64,000 nucleotides of DNA from NCBI GenBank assembly GCA_051870955.1, contig JBJECJ010000025.1, positions 126 to 64,125 of the forward strand, read 5' to 3'. The first letter of the stretch is position 1. Every line of letters begins with the position of its first letter. Source of the stretch: Paludibacteraceae bacterium. Lineage in GTDB: Bacteria; Bacteroidota; Bacteroidia; Bacteroidales; Paludibacteraceae. Under the pieces are notes generated by a model. It saw nothing but the letters and a program-made list of their open reading frames with translations. It ran no database searches and had not been told where the DNA came from. The translations under genes were made by a program, and so were the position numbers. Shown here one piece after another: positions 9,101 through 19,437 of the stretch.

Positions 9101-9245
9101 GGGACCGCTCGCTACGCTCGCTGAAAGAGCAAAGACCGTTCGCTACGCTCACTGAAAGATAAAAGACTGAATAGTGCCGACTCAGAAAACTCATAGACGA
9201 ATGTAATAAGTCCTTCATCCTTAATCCTTTATCCTTAATCCAACA

Positions 9246-10118
9246 ATGTCTGTTTCGAAAGCAAATATCAAGTTAGTGCGCAGTTTGCAGCAGAAGAAGT
9301 TCCGCGACGAGCGGGGCTTGTTTGTGGCGGAAGGGCGCAAATGCGTGGAGGAGTTGTCGAAAGCCTTCGAGCGGGTGATGCTGTTTGTGGAAGGGGAAAA
9401 CGCGACGGCGCAGGAGATAGCGCAGATGTCGTCGCTGCGCACGCCGCAGGGAGTGATTGGGGTGTTTCGGAAGAGAGAGACCCTCCCCAGCCCTCCCTTA
9501 AAGGGAGGGAGAGAGATTATTGTGGCGCTGGACGGCGTGCAAGACCCGGGGAACTTGGGGACTATCATCCGCACCTGCGACTGGTTTGGCGTGCGTCACT
9601 TGGTCTGCTCGCTCGACACCGCTGACTGCTACAATCCTAAGGTGGTGCAAGCGACGATGGGGGCACTCGCCCGAGTGCAGGTGGAGTATGTGGATTTACC
9701 GAAATGGTTAGAGGGGATTCAATCTCTCCATACAGAATCTACCGCGGGCGAGACGCCCGCGTCCCCAGTAGGCACAGTGTGCAACGCTTTACCAATGCTC
9801 CGACAAGGCGGCATTCACCCGGACAATCAACCTAAGCAGGCGAGGACGCCTGCGCACCCGGACGCTCAACGCTCAACCCCCATCTACGGCACGTTACTCA
9901 ACGGCAGGAACCTCTACGAAGAGGGGGCGATAGCCGAGCGGCAGCGGGGGGTGATTATCATGGGCAACGAGGGCAACGGCATATCGGAGGCGGTGAGGCG
10001 GCACATCACCCACCCGCTGCTCATTCCACCCTACCCCGCCGACGCGGAGACCTCCGAGAGCCTGAATGTGGCCATTGCCACTGCCATCACGCTGGCGGAG
10101 TTCAGGAGGGGAATTTGA
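9246..10118 (+). CDS. TrmH/SpoU family RNA 2'-O-methyltransferase with in-frame repeat insertions
   Basis: SpoU motifs LDGVQDPGNLGTIIRTCDWFG, IIMGNEGNGIS and ESLNVAIATAI. Extra segments lie at 9477-9515 and 9714-9878. Confidence 0.8.
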   Translation: MSVSKANIKLVRSLQQKKFRDERGLFVAEGRKCVEELSKAFERVMLFVEGENATAQEIAQMSSLRTPQGVIGVFRKRETLPSPPLKGGREIIVALDGVQDPGNLGTIIRTCDWFGVRHLVCSLDTADCYNPKVVQATMGALARVQVEYVDLPKWLEGIQSLHTESTAGETPASPVGTVCNALPMLRQGGIHPDNQPKQARTPAHPDAQRSTPIYGTLLNGRNLYEEGAIAERQRGVIIMGNEGNGISEAVRRHITHPLLIPPYPADAETSESLNVAIATAITLAEFRRGI

Positions 10119-10286
10119 AAATTGAGACATATGTTTCATTGTTTAATTTGTATCTCTTCTCCCCGCCCCCTTACCCCCTCCCCTAAGGGGCGGGGGAGTT
10201 AAATAAGAATACCCTCATTCGTAGGGTTTCACCCCACGCTAATTTATGTCGCCCCGTTGGGGCTTGCTCATAATTCATAATTATCC

Positions 10287-10901
10287 ATGTTGCTCTCTTA
10301 CTACATACCGAATGTGCTGGAAGCCGGCTGCGATGAGGCGGGCAGGGGACCGCTGGCGGGCAGCGTGTTCGCCGCGGCGGTGGTGTGGGACAGCGAGCGG
10401 GTGAAACGGTTGCCGGTGCTGGAACGGCTGAACGACTCCAAGCAGATGACGGCACGCGAGCGATATGCCCTCCGAGAGGTGATAGAGCGGGAGGCGACGG
10501 CATGGGCTGTGGCGGAGGTAACGCCGCAAGAGATAGACGAGATAAACATCCTGAATGCCGCGCTGCTGGCTATGCGGCGGGCGTTGGCGCAGTTGCAGCC
10601 GCAGCCCGAGCATATCATCGTGGACGGCAATAAATGGAAGCCGTATATCCCCGAAGGGGGCTTGATGGAGATACCCGCGCAGACGATAGTGAAAGGCGAT
10701 GGCAAGTACCTGTCGATAGCCGCGGCAAGCGTGCTGGCAAAGACCTACCGAGATGATTACATGCTGCGTCTGCACGAGGAATACCCACAGTATCACTGGG
10801 ATACGAATATGGGTTACCCCACCCGCGAACACTACGCCGCCATCGCACAATACGGCATCACGCCGTATCATAGGAAGAGTTTCAAACTAATTAAGAATTA
10901 A
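10287..10901 (+). CDS. rnhB: ribonuclease HII
   Basis: 204 aa with the CDEAGRGPLAG catalytic motif. Confidence 0.92.
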   Translation: MLLSYYIPNVLEAGCDEAGRGPLAGSVFAAAVVWDSERVKRLPVLERLNDSKQMTARERYALREVIEREATAWAVAEVTPQEIDEINILNAALLAMRRALAQLQPQPEHIIVDGNKWKPYIPEGGLMEIPAQTIVKGDGKYLSIAAASVLAKTYRDDYMLRLHEEYPQYHWDTNMGYPTREHYAAIAQYGITPYHRKSFKLIKN

Positions 10902-11048
10902 GAATTTAGAATTAAGAGGGCGTTGATAATTAAGAATTTAGAATTAAGAATTAATGAGGGCGTTGAGGGAGCACATTCCGTCTTTGTAATTGTCAAATAG
11001 TCAAATAGTAAATTGTCAAATAGTAAATTGTCAAATTGTCAAATAAAG
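10902..11048. repeat. AT-rich tandem word arrays (aattaagaatttag...; tcaaatagtaaattg...)
   Basis: Two successive tandem arrays are visible directly, including a duplicated aattaagaatttagaattaaga..gggcgttga block. Confidence 0.6.
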
Positions 11049-11050
11049 TT

Positions 11051-12805
11051 ATGATTAAGATTAAACAAACAGAGGGACAACCTCGCCGTAAACACGGTTG
11101 CCTGTGGACAGCCATCGTATGCGTACTTTTGTACGTGGGTATGTGCGGGCTGATGGGCTATTTCATGGGAGATATGTTCTCCACACCTACCACGAAGTTG
11201 GAAGCCAACGGAATCTACCAACTGCAGTTGAAAGGCGTGCTGGTGGAGCAAGGTCAGGAGGAGAACCCCTTTGCCTCGCTCTTGGGGGAAGTGCCGGGCT
11301 ACAGCGCTCCGGAAGCCAATGTGGGATTAGACGACATCCTGAGCAATATCCGCCTCGCGAAGAACGATGACCGGATCTTGGGCATCTACCTCGATGGCGG
11401 CAGCCTGTCGATGGGTCCCGCGAGCGCCAAAGCGATACGCGACGCGCTGCTTGACTTCAAGACCTCGGGCAAGTGGATTATCGCCTACGCGAGCAACTAC
11501 GGGCAGATGAACTACTACCTTGCCTCGGTGGCTGACAAGATTTGCCTTAACCCCACGGGTGCGATTGCATGGAACGGTCTCACCGCGCAGAAGATATACT
11601 ACACGCGCCTGTTCGAGAAACTCGGCGTGGAGATGCAGATACTGAAAGTGGGCACCTTCAAGTCGGCAGTAGAGCCCTATTTCCGCACCTCGATGTCGGA
11701 CGCCGACCGCTTGCAGACAATGCAGTATCTCGGCGGCATCTGGGAGGAGATGGTTGGCGCGGTGGCGCTGAGCCGTAACCTCACCGACCGACAACTGAAC
11801 GCCTACGCCGACCGCTACATGGCGTTGCAGCCAGCGGAGGACTACCTCGCCTGCGGCTTGGCAGACACGCTCATCTATCGCCAGTCGGTGGACTCCATCC
11901 TGCGCCTCTATGCCGGCACCAAAGACTACACCCTCTACACCACCACGGAGTTGGCGCGCGTGGAGCGGACGAAGTCGAAAGCCAAGGACAAGGTGGCGGT
12001 GGTGTATCTGGAAGGCGAAATCCACAGCGAGTCGGGCGACGGCATTGTGGATAAGCAGGTGCTCAAGCAACTGAAGAAGATACAGAAGAACGACGATGTG
12101 AAAGCCGTGGTGCTGCGCGTGAACAGCCCGGGCGGCAGCGCGGACGCCAGCGAGCAGATTTGGCATGGCGTGCAACTGCTGAAAGAGAAAGGGCTGCCCG
12201 TGGTTGTCTCGATGGGCGACTATGCGGCGTCGGGCGGCTACTACATCTCCTGCAATGCTGATTATATCTACGCCGAGCCCACCACGCTCACGGGTTCTAT
12301 CGGTATCTTCGGCGTGGTGCCCAACTGGGGTAAACTGCGCGAGAAGGTGGGGCTGGACATCGACGGCGTCAGCACCAATGCCCACTCCGACTTGGAGGTG
12401 AACATGGTCTATAAGGGCATGAACCCCGAGGAGCAGGCGATGATGCAACGGATGATTGAGCGCGGCTACGACCTCTTCACCCGTCGCTGCGCCGAGGGCA
12501 GACACACCACACAAGATTCCATCAAAATGATTGGCGAAGGGCGCGTGTGGTTAGGCAAAGACGCGATAGGTATCGGCTTGGTGGACTGCTTGGGCAACAT
12601 AGACGACGCTATCGCCAAAGCCGCTGAACTGGCGGGCGTAGAGCAATACAAGACCGTCTATTATCCCGAGAAGAAAGACCCGATGGAGGAACTGCTGAAG
12701 ATGCTGGACGGCAGTTCGCCCGAGGAGCGACTGCTGCGCGAGGCGCGTGCGTTCGCCAAAGAGCCGCGGCAGATGATGCAGATGGAGAGAGTAATCATTC
12801 AATAA
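11051..12805 (+). CDS. sppA: signal peptide peptidase SppA, 67K type
   Basis: N-terminal TM segment followed by two S49 peptidase domains (..SPGGSADASEQI.., ..GDYAASGGYYIS..). The ATG at 11051 lies inside the ORF that opens at 11036. Confidence 0.85.
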   Translation: MIKIKQTEGQPRRKHGCLWTAIVCVLLYVGMCGLMGYFMGDMFSTPTTKLEANGIYQLQLKGVLVEQGQEENPFASLLGEVPGYSAPEANVGLDDILSNIRLAKNDDRILGIYLDGGSLSMGPASAKAIRDALLDFKTSGKWIIAYASNYGQMNYYLASVADKICLNPTGAIAWNGLTAQKIYYTRLFEKLGVEMQILKVGTFKSAVEPYFRTSMSDADRLQTMQYLGGIWEEMVGAVALSRNLTDRQLNAYADRYMALQPAEDYLACGLADTLIYRQSVDSILRLYAGTKDYTLYTTTELARVERTKSKAKDKVAVVYLEGEIHSESGDGIVDKQVLKQLKKIQKNDDVKAVVLRVNSPGGSADASEQIWHGVQLLKEKGLPVVVSMGDYAASGGYYISCNADYIYAEPTTLTGSIGIFGVVPNWGKLREKVGLDIDGVSTNAHSDLEVNMVYKGMNPEEQAMMQRMIERGYDLFTRRCAEGRHTTQDSIKMIGEGRVWLGKDAIGIGLVDCLGNIDDAIAKAAELAGVEQYKTVYYPEKKDPMEELLKMLDGSSPEERLLREARAFAKEPRQMMQMERVIIQ

Positions 12806-13821
12806 TGCGATATATTGCCATGCGAACACTTCTTGCCCCTATCAGTTGGCTATACGGCTTGGTGTTGGCGATACGCCACACGCTGTACGACAACCGTCTG
12901 TTGCCCTCCCACGAGGCGGACATCCCCACTATCTGCGTGGGCAACCTCGCCGTGGGCGGCACGGGCAAGACCCCGCATGTGGAGTACCTGATACGCCTGC
13001 TCTCGCCACGCTACAAGGTGGCGGTGCTCTCGCGCGGCTACAAGCGCAAGACGCGCGGGTTCGTCTTGGCAGACGAGCATGCCTCCGCAAGCACCATCGG
13101 CGATGAGGCGATGCAGATACACAGCAAGTTCCCGCACGTGGCGGTAGCGGTATGCGAAGACCGAGTGCGGGGTGTGCGCATGCTCAAGAAGCAGGTGGAG
13201 GGTTTGCAGGTGGTGATACTGGACGACGCTTTCCAGCACCGCGCCATACGTTGCGGCTACTACATCCTGCTCACCCCCTACAACCAACTCTATATCGACG
13301 ACCACCTGCTGCCGTGGGGACGGCTGCGCGACCTCAAAGCGCGCGCGCTGAAAGCCAACAGCATCATCGTAACCCAATGCCCGCCCGACGCGCAACCGAT
13401 TGACTTCCGCGTGATTGACAACCGCCTGCACCTGCCCACCTACCAACATCTCTTTTTCTCGCAGGTGAAGTATGCCGACACGCAAGCCGTCGTCGGCAAG
13501 CGGGTGCTGGTGCTGACGGGTATCGCGCAGCCGGAGTACCTGATGGAGTATGTCCGCAGGCAGCACCCCAATGTCTGCCTGATGGCGTTCCCCGACCACC
13601 ATCGCTTCAGCCGAAAAGATGTGGAGCGTATCCTCTACAAAGCGCAATGCTATGATACTATTCTCACCACCGAGAAAGACTATCAGCGGCTCGCGGAGAC
13701 ACCCGTCCCCGAACAGTTGGGCGAGCGACTGCACACCCTGCCGATAGAGGTGCAACTCCGCGGAGACAAAAACAAAGACTTCGACCAAGAGATACTGAAC
13801 TACGTGAAACAAAACTTGTAA
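12805..13821 (+). CDS. lpxK: tetraacyldisaccharide 4'-kinase
   Basis: 338 aa with P-loop VGNLAVGGTGKTP. TAATG overlap with sppA. Confidence 0.85.
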   Translation: MRYIAMRTLLAPISWLYGLVLAIRHTLYDNRLLPSHEADIPTICVGNLAVGGTGKTPHVEYLIRLLSPRYKVAVLSRGYKRKTRGFVLADEHASASTIGDEAMQIHSKFPHVAVAVCEDRVRGVRMLKKQVEGLQVVILDDAFQHRAIRCGYYILLTPYNQLYIDDHLLPWGRLRDLKARALKANSIIVTQCPPDAQPIDFRVIDNRLHLPTYQHLFFSQVKYADTQAVVGKRVLVLTGIAQPEYLMEYVRRQHPNVCLMAFPDHHRFSRKDVERILYKAQCYDTILTTEKDYQRLAETPVPEQLGERLHTLPIEVQLRGDKNKDFDQEILNYVKQNL

Positions 13822-13945
13822 TGAATCAACATAAGAACATATAATTATTCATATAATTATTCATATAATTTTGCATAGAATAATTAATGGTTAATTACAT
13901 GGCAATTATATGTTCGCGATTACCTGCCGCAAAGGCTCTATTCCT

Positions 13946-15811
13946 ATGAATTTCCTGCGATTGATACGCCGATTTGTGCCGCCCTACAAGGGACAGATGG
14001 CACTTAACATCCTCTTCAACTTATTATCCACCGTACTATCCCTGTTTTCTTTCGCCGCCATCATCCCCGTGCTGCAACTGCTGTTCGGGTTGAGCGAGGC
14101 GGGCGCCGTCTATACAGACCTTGCAACGGTGAGCGGGCTGAACGCCACCATGGACGCCCTCAAAGGCAACCTCTATTTCTATATGGAGCAACTGACGCTG
14201 ACCCACGGCGGCGGTACGGTGCTGGCGATGTTGGGCGTGTTCCTCGTACTGATGACGGGACTCAAGTGCTTCACCGCATGGATGGCAAACTACTTCATGG
14301 TGCCCATCCGTACGGGCGTGTTGCGCGACCTGAGGCAGATGCTCTACGACAAAATCGTGAGCCTGCCCATCGGCTACTTCACCGAGGAGCGAAAGGGCGA
14401 TGTGATGTCGCGCATGACCAACGACGTGAACGAAGTGGAGGCAAGTATCATGGCGGCGCTGGACGTGCTCTTCAAAGACCCCATCATGCTCACTATCTAT
14501 ATCGTTACGCTGTTCTGTATCTCATGGCAACTGACGCTGTTCGTCATCATACTGCTGCCTGTGGCGGGTCTGCTCATCGGGCGCGTGGGGCGGTCGCTCA
14601 AACGTGCCTCGCAGCACGGTCAGGAGCAGAACGCGGAGATACTGACGCAGATAGAGGAGACGCTGGGCGGGCTGCGCGTGGTGAAAGCCTTCAACGCGGA
14701 AGACAAACTGCGGACGCGCTTTGCTAACCTCATCAACGACACCCGCCGCACCTTCAACCGTATCAACCGCCGCTACTACCTCGCCCACCCCGTCTCGGAG
14801 TTCATGGGCACGGCACTGATAGCCGTCATCCTCTGGTTCGGCGGCGTGCTCATCCTCAGCGACCACAGCACCATCGACGCTGCCACCTTCATCTACTACC
14901 TCGTCATCTTCTACTCTATCATCAACCCCGCCAAAGACCTGAGCAAGGCGGGCTACGGCGTGCGCAAAGGCATGGCGTCGCTGGAGCGTATCGATAAAAT
15001 CCTCAACACGCCCTCGAACATCCAAGAGCCGCAGCAGCCGAAGGCGTTGCAGTCCTTCCGCGAGAGCATTGTCTATAAGGACGTGTGCTTCGCCTATCGG
15101 CAGGACATCCCCGTGCTGCAAGATATCAACCTCACCATCAGCAAGGGGCAGATGGTGGCGCTGGTGGGGCAGTCGGGTTCCGGCAAGACCACGCTCGCCG
15201 ACCTGCTGCCGCGCTTCTACGACCCCGCGGCGGGTAGTATCACCATCGACGGGACAGACATCCGCGAGGTACGTTCCCGCGACCTGCGCGCACTAATGGG
15301 CAATGTGAACCAAGAGGCAATCCTCTTCAACGACACCTTCTTCAACAACATCACTTTCGGCGTGGACCTGTCGCAGCCTGCCCCCGACGGCAAGACATGG
15401 CAGGAGGCGGTGGAAGACGCAGCGCGTATCGCCAATGCGCATGAGTTCATCATGGCGACCCCCGATGGCTACCAAACCAATATCGGCGACCGCGGCTCCC
15501 GCCTCTCCGGCGGGCAACGACAACGTATCTCCATCGCCCGCGCCATCCTGAAGAACCCGCCTATCCTGATACTCGACGAGGCAACCTCCGCCCTCGACAC
15601 CGAGAGCGAGAAGCAGGTGCAAGAGGCGCTGGAGCACCTGATGAAAGAGCGCACCACGCTGGTGGTAGCCCACCGACTGAGCACCATCCGCAACGCCGAC
15701 CTCATCTGCGTCATGCACGAAGGCAGAATCGTAGAGACAGGCAAGCACGAAGAGTTAATAAAAAGAGACGGCTACTATCGCCGTCTCGTAGAGATGCAAG
15801 CCTCAAAGTGA
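13946..15811 (+). CDS. ABC transporter permease/ATPase, MsbA-like lipid exporter
   Basis: Six-TM domain plus Walker A GQSGSGKTT, signature LSGGQRQR and Walker B ILILDEATSALD. It follows lpxK. An alternative start lies at 13910. Confidence 0.8.
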   Translation: MNFLRLIRRFVPPYKGQMALNILFNLLSTVLSLFSFAAIIPVLQLLFGLSEAGAVYTDLATVSGLNATMDALKGNLYFYMEQLTLTHGGGTVLAMLGVFLVLMTGLKCFTAWMANYFMVPIRTGVLRDLRQMLYDKIVSLPIGYFTEERKGDVMSRMTNDVNEVEASIMAALDVLFKDPIMLTIYIVTLFCISWQLTLFVIILLPVAGLLIGRVGRSLKRASQHGQEQNAEILTQIEETLGGLRVVKAFNAEDKLRTRFANLINDTRRTFNRINRRYYLAHPVSEFMGTALIAVILWFGGVLILSDHSTIDAATFIYYLVIFYSIINPAKDLSKAGYGVRKGMASLERIDKILNTPSNIQEPQQPKALQSFRESIVYKDVCFAYRQDIPVLQDINLTISKGQMVALVGQSGSGKTTLADLLPRFYDPAAGSITIDGTDIREVRSRDLRALMGNVNQEAILFNDTFFNNITFGVDLSQPAPDGKTWQEAVEDAARIANAHEFIMATPDGYQTNIGDRGSRLSGGQRQRISIARAILKNPPILILDEATSALDTESEKQVQEALEHLMKERTTLVVAHRLSTIRNADLICVMHEGRIVETGKHEELIKRDGYYRRLVEMQASK

Positions 15812-15886
15812 GGTTTCAAGTTTCAAGTTTCAGGTTTCAAGTTAGATTCATCTAATATCCACCACTTGGTACTTGAAACTTGAAGC
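15812..15886. terminator. long hairpin between convergent msbA-like and tyrS genes
   Basis: The tandem gtttcaag array (15812-15843) pairs with the inverted acttgaaacttgaagc (15871-15886). Confidence 0.5.
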
Positions 15887-15900
15887 TAAATTCTCCTTAT

Positions 15901-17196
15901 TTATTCTACTACCACAAGGTAGTAGTTCTTCTTCCCTTTCTGGAACAGCAGATACTTGCCGTTGAGCAGCGCCGCCGCCGTGATGGGCGTCTGCGGGTCG
16001 GTCAGTTTCTCTTTGTTCATCGAGAAACCGTTCGCCTGAATCATCTTGCGTGCCTCGCCTTTGCTGGGGAAGATATGCGTCTTCTCCGCCAGCAGGTCCA
16101 GCGGCGGAATGCCCGCTTCCAGTTCCGCGCGGCTCACCGTGTACTGCTCCACACCCTCGAACACTTGCAGGAACGTCTCCTCGTCTAAGCGCGCCAGCGC
16201 CTCGTGCGTCGCGTTGCCGAAGAGAATGTTGCTTGCCTCCACCGCGGCGTTGTAGTCCGCCTCCGAGTGCACCATGATGGTAACCTCCTTCGCAAGGCGT
16301 TTCTGCAAGGTGCGCAGGTGCGGCGCTTGCTCGTGCTCCGCGATGAGCGCGTCTATCTCCTCCCGCTCTAACGAGGTGAATATCTTGATGTAGCGTTTCG
16401 CGTCATCGTCGCCCACGTTGAGCCAGAACTGGTAGAACTTATACGGCGAGGTGTATTTGCGGTCGAGCCATATATTGCCGCTCTCGGTCTTCCCGAACTT
16501 CCCCCCGTCGGCTTTGGTGATGAGCGGGCACGTCAGCGCAAACGCATCGCCGCCGCCCATCTTCTTGATGAGTTCCGTACCCGTCGTGATGTTGCCCCAC
16601 TGGTCTGAGCCGCCCATCTGCAACTTGCAGTTCTTGTGCTTGTTCAGATACACGTAGTCGTACCCTTGCAGCAACTGATAGGTGAACTCCGTAAACGACA
16701 TACCCTGCGAGAACTCGCCGTTGAAGCGTTTCTTCACCGAGTCCTTCGCCATCATGTAGTTCACCGTGATGAGTTTGCCCACGTTGCGGGCGAAATCGAG
16801 GAAGGTGTAGTCCTTCATCCAGTCGTAGTTGTTCACCAGTTCCGCCGCGTTGGGCGCATCGGAATGGAAGTCAAGGAAACGCTCCAACTGGCGTTGGATA
16901 CACTCTTGGTTGTGGCGCAGCGTGGGCTCGTCCAGCAGGTTTCGCTCTGCCGACTTGCCGCTCGGGTCGCCAATCATACCCGTCGCACCGCCGATGAGCG
17001 CGATAGGCTTGTGCCCGCACCGTTGCAGGTGCCGCAACATCATGATACCGCACAGGTGCCCGATATGCAGACTGTCCGCCGTCGGGTCTATGCCCACATA
17101 CGCGGCGGTTACTTCCTTCATCAACTGCTCTTCCGTGCCCGGCATGATGTCTTGGAGCATGCCGCGCCAACGCAATTCTTCAACAAAGTTCTTCAT
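15901..17196 (-). CDS. tyrS: tyrosine--tRNA ligase
   Basis: HIGH (SLHIGHL) and KMSKS-like (KFGKT) motifs. The start is taken at [12 protein letters not shown] because the longer ORF runs through its own promoter. Confidence 0.9.
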   Translation of the reverse strand: MKNFVEELRWRGMLQDIMPGTEEQLMKEVTAAYVGIDPTADSLHIGHLCGIMMLRHLQRCGHKPIALIGGATGMIGDPSGKSAERNLLDEPTLRHNQECIQRQLERFLDFHSDAPNAAELVNNYDWMKDYTFLDFARNVGKLITVNYMMAKDSVKKRFNGEFSQGMSFTEFTYQLLQGYDYVYLNKHKNCKLQMGGSDQWGNITTGTELIKKMGGGDAFALTCPLITKADGGKFGKTESGNIWLDRKYTSPYKFYQFWLNVGDDDAKRYIKIFTSLEREEIDALIAEHEQAPHLRTLQKRLAKEVTIMVHSEADYNAAVEASNILFGNATHEALARLDEETFLQVFEGVEQYTVSRAELEAGIPPLDLLAEKTHIFPSKGEARKMIQANGFSMNKEKLTDPQTPITAAALLNGKYLLFQKGKKNYYLVVVE

Positions 17197-17254
17197 CGAT
17201 TCGTAAAATAAAGATTCTGTATTGTGTTTATTCCGATAAGTCCGTAATCGCCTG

Positions 17255-17292
17255 CAAAGGTACTGCTTTTTTTTCAAATACGCAAGTCTCTC
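17255..17292 (-). promoter_or_regulatory. promoter for tyrS
   Basis: On the minus strand: ttgcgtatttg, A-run, GCAGTACCTTTGCA, with the -7 box at 17255-17262. Confidence 0.6.
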
Positions 17293-17348
17293 CCCATATT
17301 TGTGAGGCAAAAAATACCGCTACTCCCTCGCAGGTCTATCGTAACATT

Positions 17349-17408
17349 ATCGCGGGTCCATCGCGGGTCCATCGCGGGTCGGTCGCGGGTCTATCGCGGG
17401 TCTATCGC
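17349..17408. repeat. 11-bp tandem array atcgcgggtc(c/t), about 5.5 units
   Basis: Units at 17349, 17360, 17371, 17382 and 17393. It is preceded by atcgtaacatt, the word of the 6484 and 37891 arrays. Confidence 0.8.
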
Positions 17409-17537
17409 CGCCGCGATATATCGCCTGCGGCGCTTCCCCCCCGTCCTCTAAGGGAAGACGGAGTGGGGCTACAAACAAACAGCAGAGACTGCCGAAACGC
17501 AATCTCTGCTGCAACACAATGTGCTAAAATCCAAAAC

Positions 17538-19313
17538 TTACAGTCCCAGCGACTTCTTCAACGCGGGGATGCGTGCCTCAGCGGCAGCGGTAGCCGCCTT
17601 ATAGTCCGCCGTCGTCGGCATCTGAGCAGGAATCTCGAAGTAGAACTTAATCTTCGGCTCGGTGCCCGACGGGCGTACGCTCACCTTCAAGCCGCCTTCA
17701 GTAAAGAACTGCAGCACGTTGCTCGTTGCGTTGAGTGCCATCGTCAGCGGGCTCTCTTTCCATGCGCCGTTCACCAAGTCCTTGCGGGTCAGGGTCTTGT
17801 AGTCCTTCACGCACACTACCTTCTCGCCGTCCAACTCTGCGGGCGGGTTCTGACGGAAGTCAGCCATCATCTGCTGAATCTCCTCGGCACCGGCCTTGCC
17901 CGGGCGAACCACGTTGACGGTCGTCTCGCGCTGGAAGCCGAACTCCTTATATATATTAAGGAGATACTCGTACAGCGTCAGACCTTGGTCTTTCGCTGCG
18001 GCAGCAATCTCGCAAATGAGGCAGATAGCCGACGGCGCACATTTGTCGCGCACCTTGTCGTAGCCCAGCCAGCCGAAACTCTCCTCGCCGCCGCCGATGT
18101 ACTTGTGCGTGCCTTCCCACATACGGATACGGTTGGCAATCCACTTGAAGCCCGTGTACTCGTCGGTCAACGTAACGCCCTCTTTGTCAGCAATCTTGCG
18201 CAACATCTCGCTCGTTACGATGGTCTTCACGAGGTAGTTCTCGGGACGCATCTTACCCAAACGCTTCATCGCCTTGATGTTGTAGTAAGCGAACATCATG
18301 CAGGTCTGGTTTCCGTTGATAATCGTCCACTCGCCCTTGTCGTCGCGGCAAACCACTGCCAGACGGTCCGCATCGGGGTCGCTGGCAATCACGAGGTCGG
18401 CGTTGAGTTTCGTGCCGAGGTTCATGCCCATCGTCATCGCCTCTGCGTTCTCGGGATTCGGGCTCACCACCGTCGGGAAGTTGCCGTCAATCACCATCTG
18501 CTCGGGCACCACGTGGATGTTCTGGAAGCCCCAAGAGCGCAGGCACAACGGCACAATCTGACGACCTGCACCGTGCAGCGGGGTATAGACGATGTTCAGG
18601 TCTTTCTGACGCAGAATCACGTCTTGGTCCACCATACAGGTCTTCACTGCCTCCATGTAGTCGAAGTCCAACTCGCCGCCGATGATCTCAATCAGGTCTT
18701 TGTTGCCTTCCCACTTCACGTCTTCCATCTTCACCTTGTTCACCTCATCGATGATACCTTGGTCATGCGGTTGCAGCACCTGCGAACCGTCCTCCCAGTA
18801 CGCCTTGTAGCCGTTGTACTCGCGCGGGTTGTGGCTCGCCGTTACGTTCACACCGCCTTGGCAGTGCAGATGGCGAATGGCAAAACTGATTTCCGGCGTA
18901 GGACGCAGACTCTCAAACAGATACACCTTGATTCCGTTCGCGGAGAACACGTCGGCTACGGTCTCTGCGAAGAGGCGACCGTTGTTGCGGCAGTCGTGCC
19001 CTACCACTACGGCTACTTGCCCGTTCTGCACGTTCTTGAAGCCGTCCTCTGCCTGCACCTTCAGCAGGTAGTTCGCATAGCCCTGCGTAGCCTGCGCCAC
19101 GATGTACTTGTTCATTCGGTTCGTACCCGGACCCATGATACCGCGCAGACCGCCCGTACCGAACTCCAACGTGCGGTAGAAACTGTCCACGAGTTCTGTC
19201 TTGTCCTCGGCTTCCATCATAGCCTTCACTTGTGCCTTGGTCTCGGCATCAAAATTACCGTCCAGCCAACCTTGGGCAACGGTCATCACTTGTTGTAACT
19301 CTTCCTGTGTCAT
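17538..19313 (-). CDS. phosphoglucomutase/phosphomannomutase family phospho-sugar mutase
   Basis: 591 aa with the active-site loop TASHNPREYNGYK. Confidence 0.88.
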   Translation of the reverse strand: MTQEELQQVMTVAQGWLDGNFDAETKAQVKAMMEAEDKTELVDSFYRTLEFGTGGLRGIMGPGTNRMNKYIVAQATQGYANYLLKVQAEDGFKNVQNGQVAVVVGHDCRNNGRLFAETVADVFSANGIKVYLFESLRPTPEISFAIRHLHCQGGVNVTASHNPREYNGYKAYWEDGSQVLQPHDQGIIDEVNKVKMEDVKWEGNKDLIEIIGGELDFDYMEAVKTCMVDQDVILRQKDLNIVYTPLHGAGRQIVPLCLRSWGFQNIHVVPEQMVIDGNFPTVVSPNPENAEAMTMGMNLGTKLNADLVIASDPDADRLAVVCRDDKGEWTIINGNQTCMMFAYYNIKAMKRLGKMRPENYLVKTIVTSEMLRKIADKEGVTLTDEYTGFKWIANRIRMWEGTHKYIGGGEESFGWLGYDKVRDKCAPSAICLICEIAAAAKDQGLTLYEYLLNIYKEFGFQRETTVNVVRPGKAGAEEIQQMMADFRQNPPAELDGEKVVCVKDYKTLTRKDLVNGAWKESPLTMALNATSNVLQFFTEGGLKVSVRPSGTEPKIKFYFEIPAQMPTTADYKAATAAAEARIPALKKSLGL

Positions 19314-19437
19314 AGCATTAAATTATTTTACGATTAGACAATTTGCGAATTTTGAGTGCTCAGAGTTTTCGGAGTAATCGGAGTTTTCTGAGTGCTCGGA
19401 TTGTTCCGACTGCTCAGAGCATACGCCCTCTTTATTC

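Noticed and set aside
17197-17537. T-box or other riboswitch leader upstream of tyrS
   Set aside because: The leader between the -7 box (17255) and the ATG (17196) is only about 55 nt with no specifier/antiterminator architecture. The rest of the spacer is tandem repeat.
17463-19298. 611-aa ORF antisense to the phosphohexomutase gene
   Set aside because: It is a shadow ORF. The sense strand carries the TASHNP active site, while the antisense product is H/V/L/R-rich with no recognisable domain. The same reasoning applies to 22598-23899, 24549-25634, 29704-31755, 11327-12514, 12850-13812, 59614-60864 and 60914-61771.
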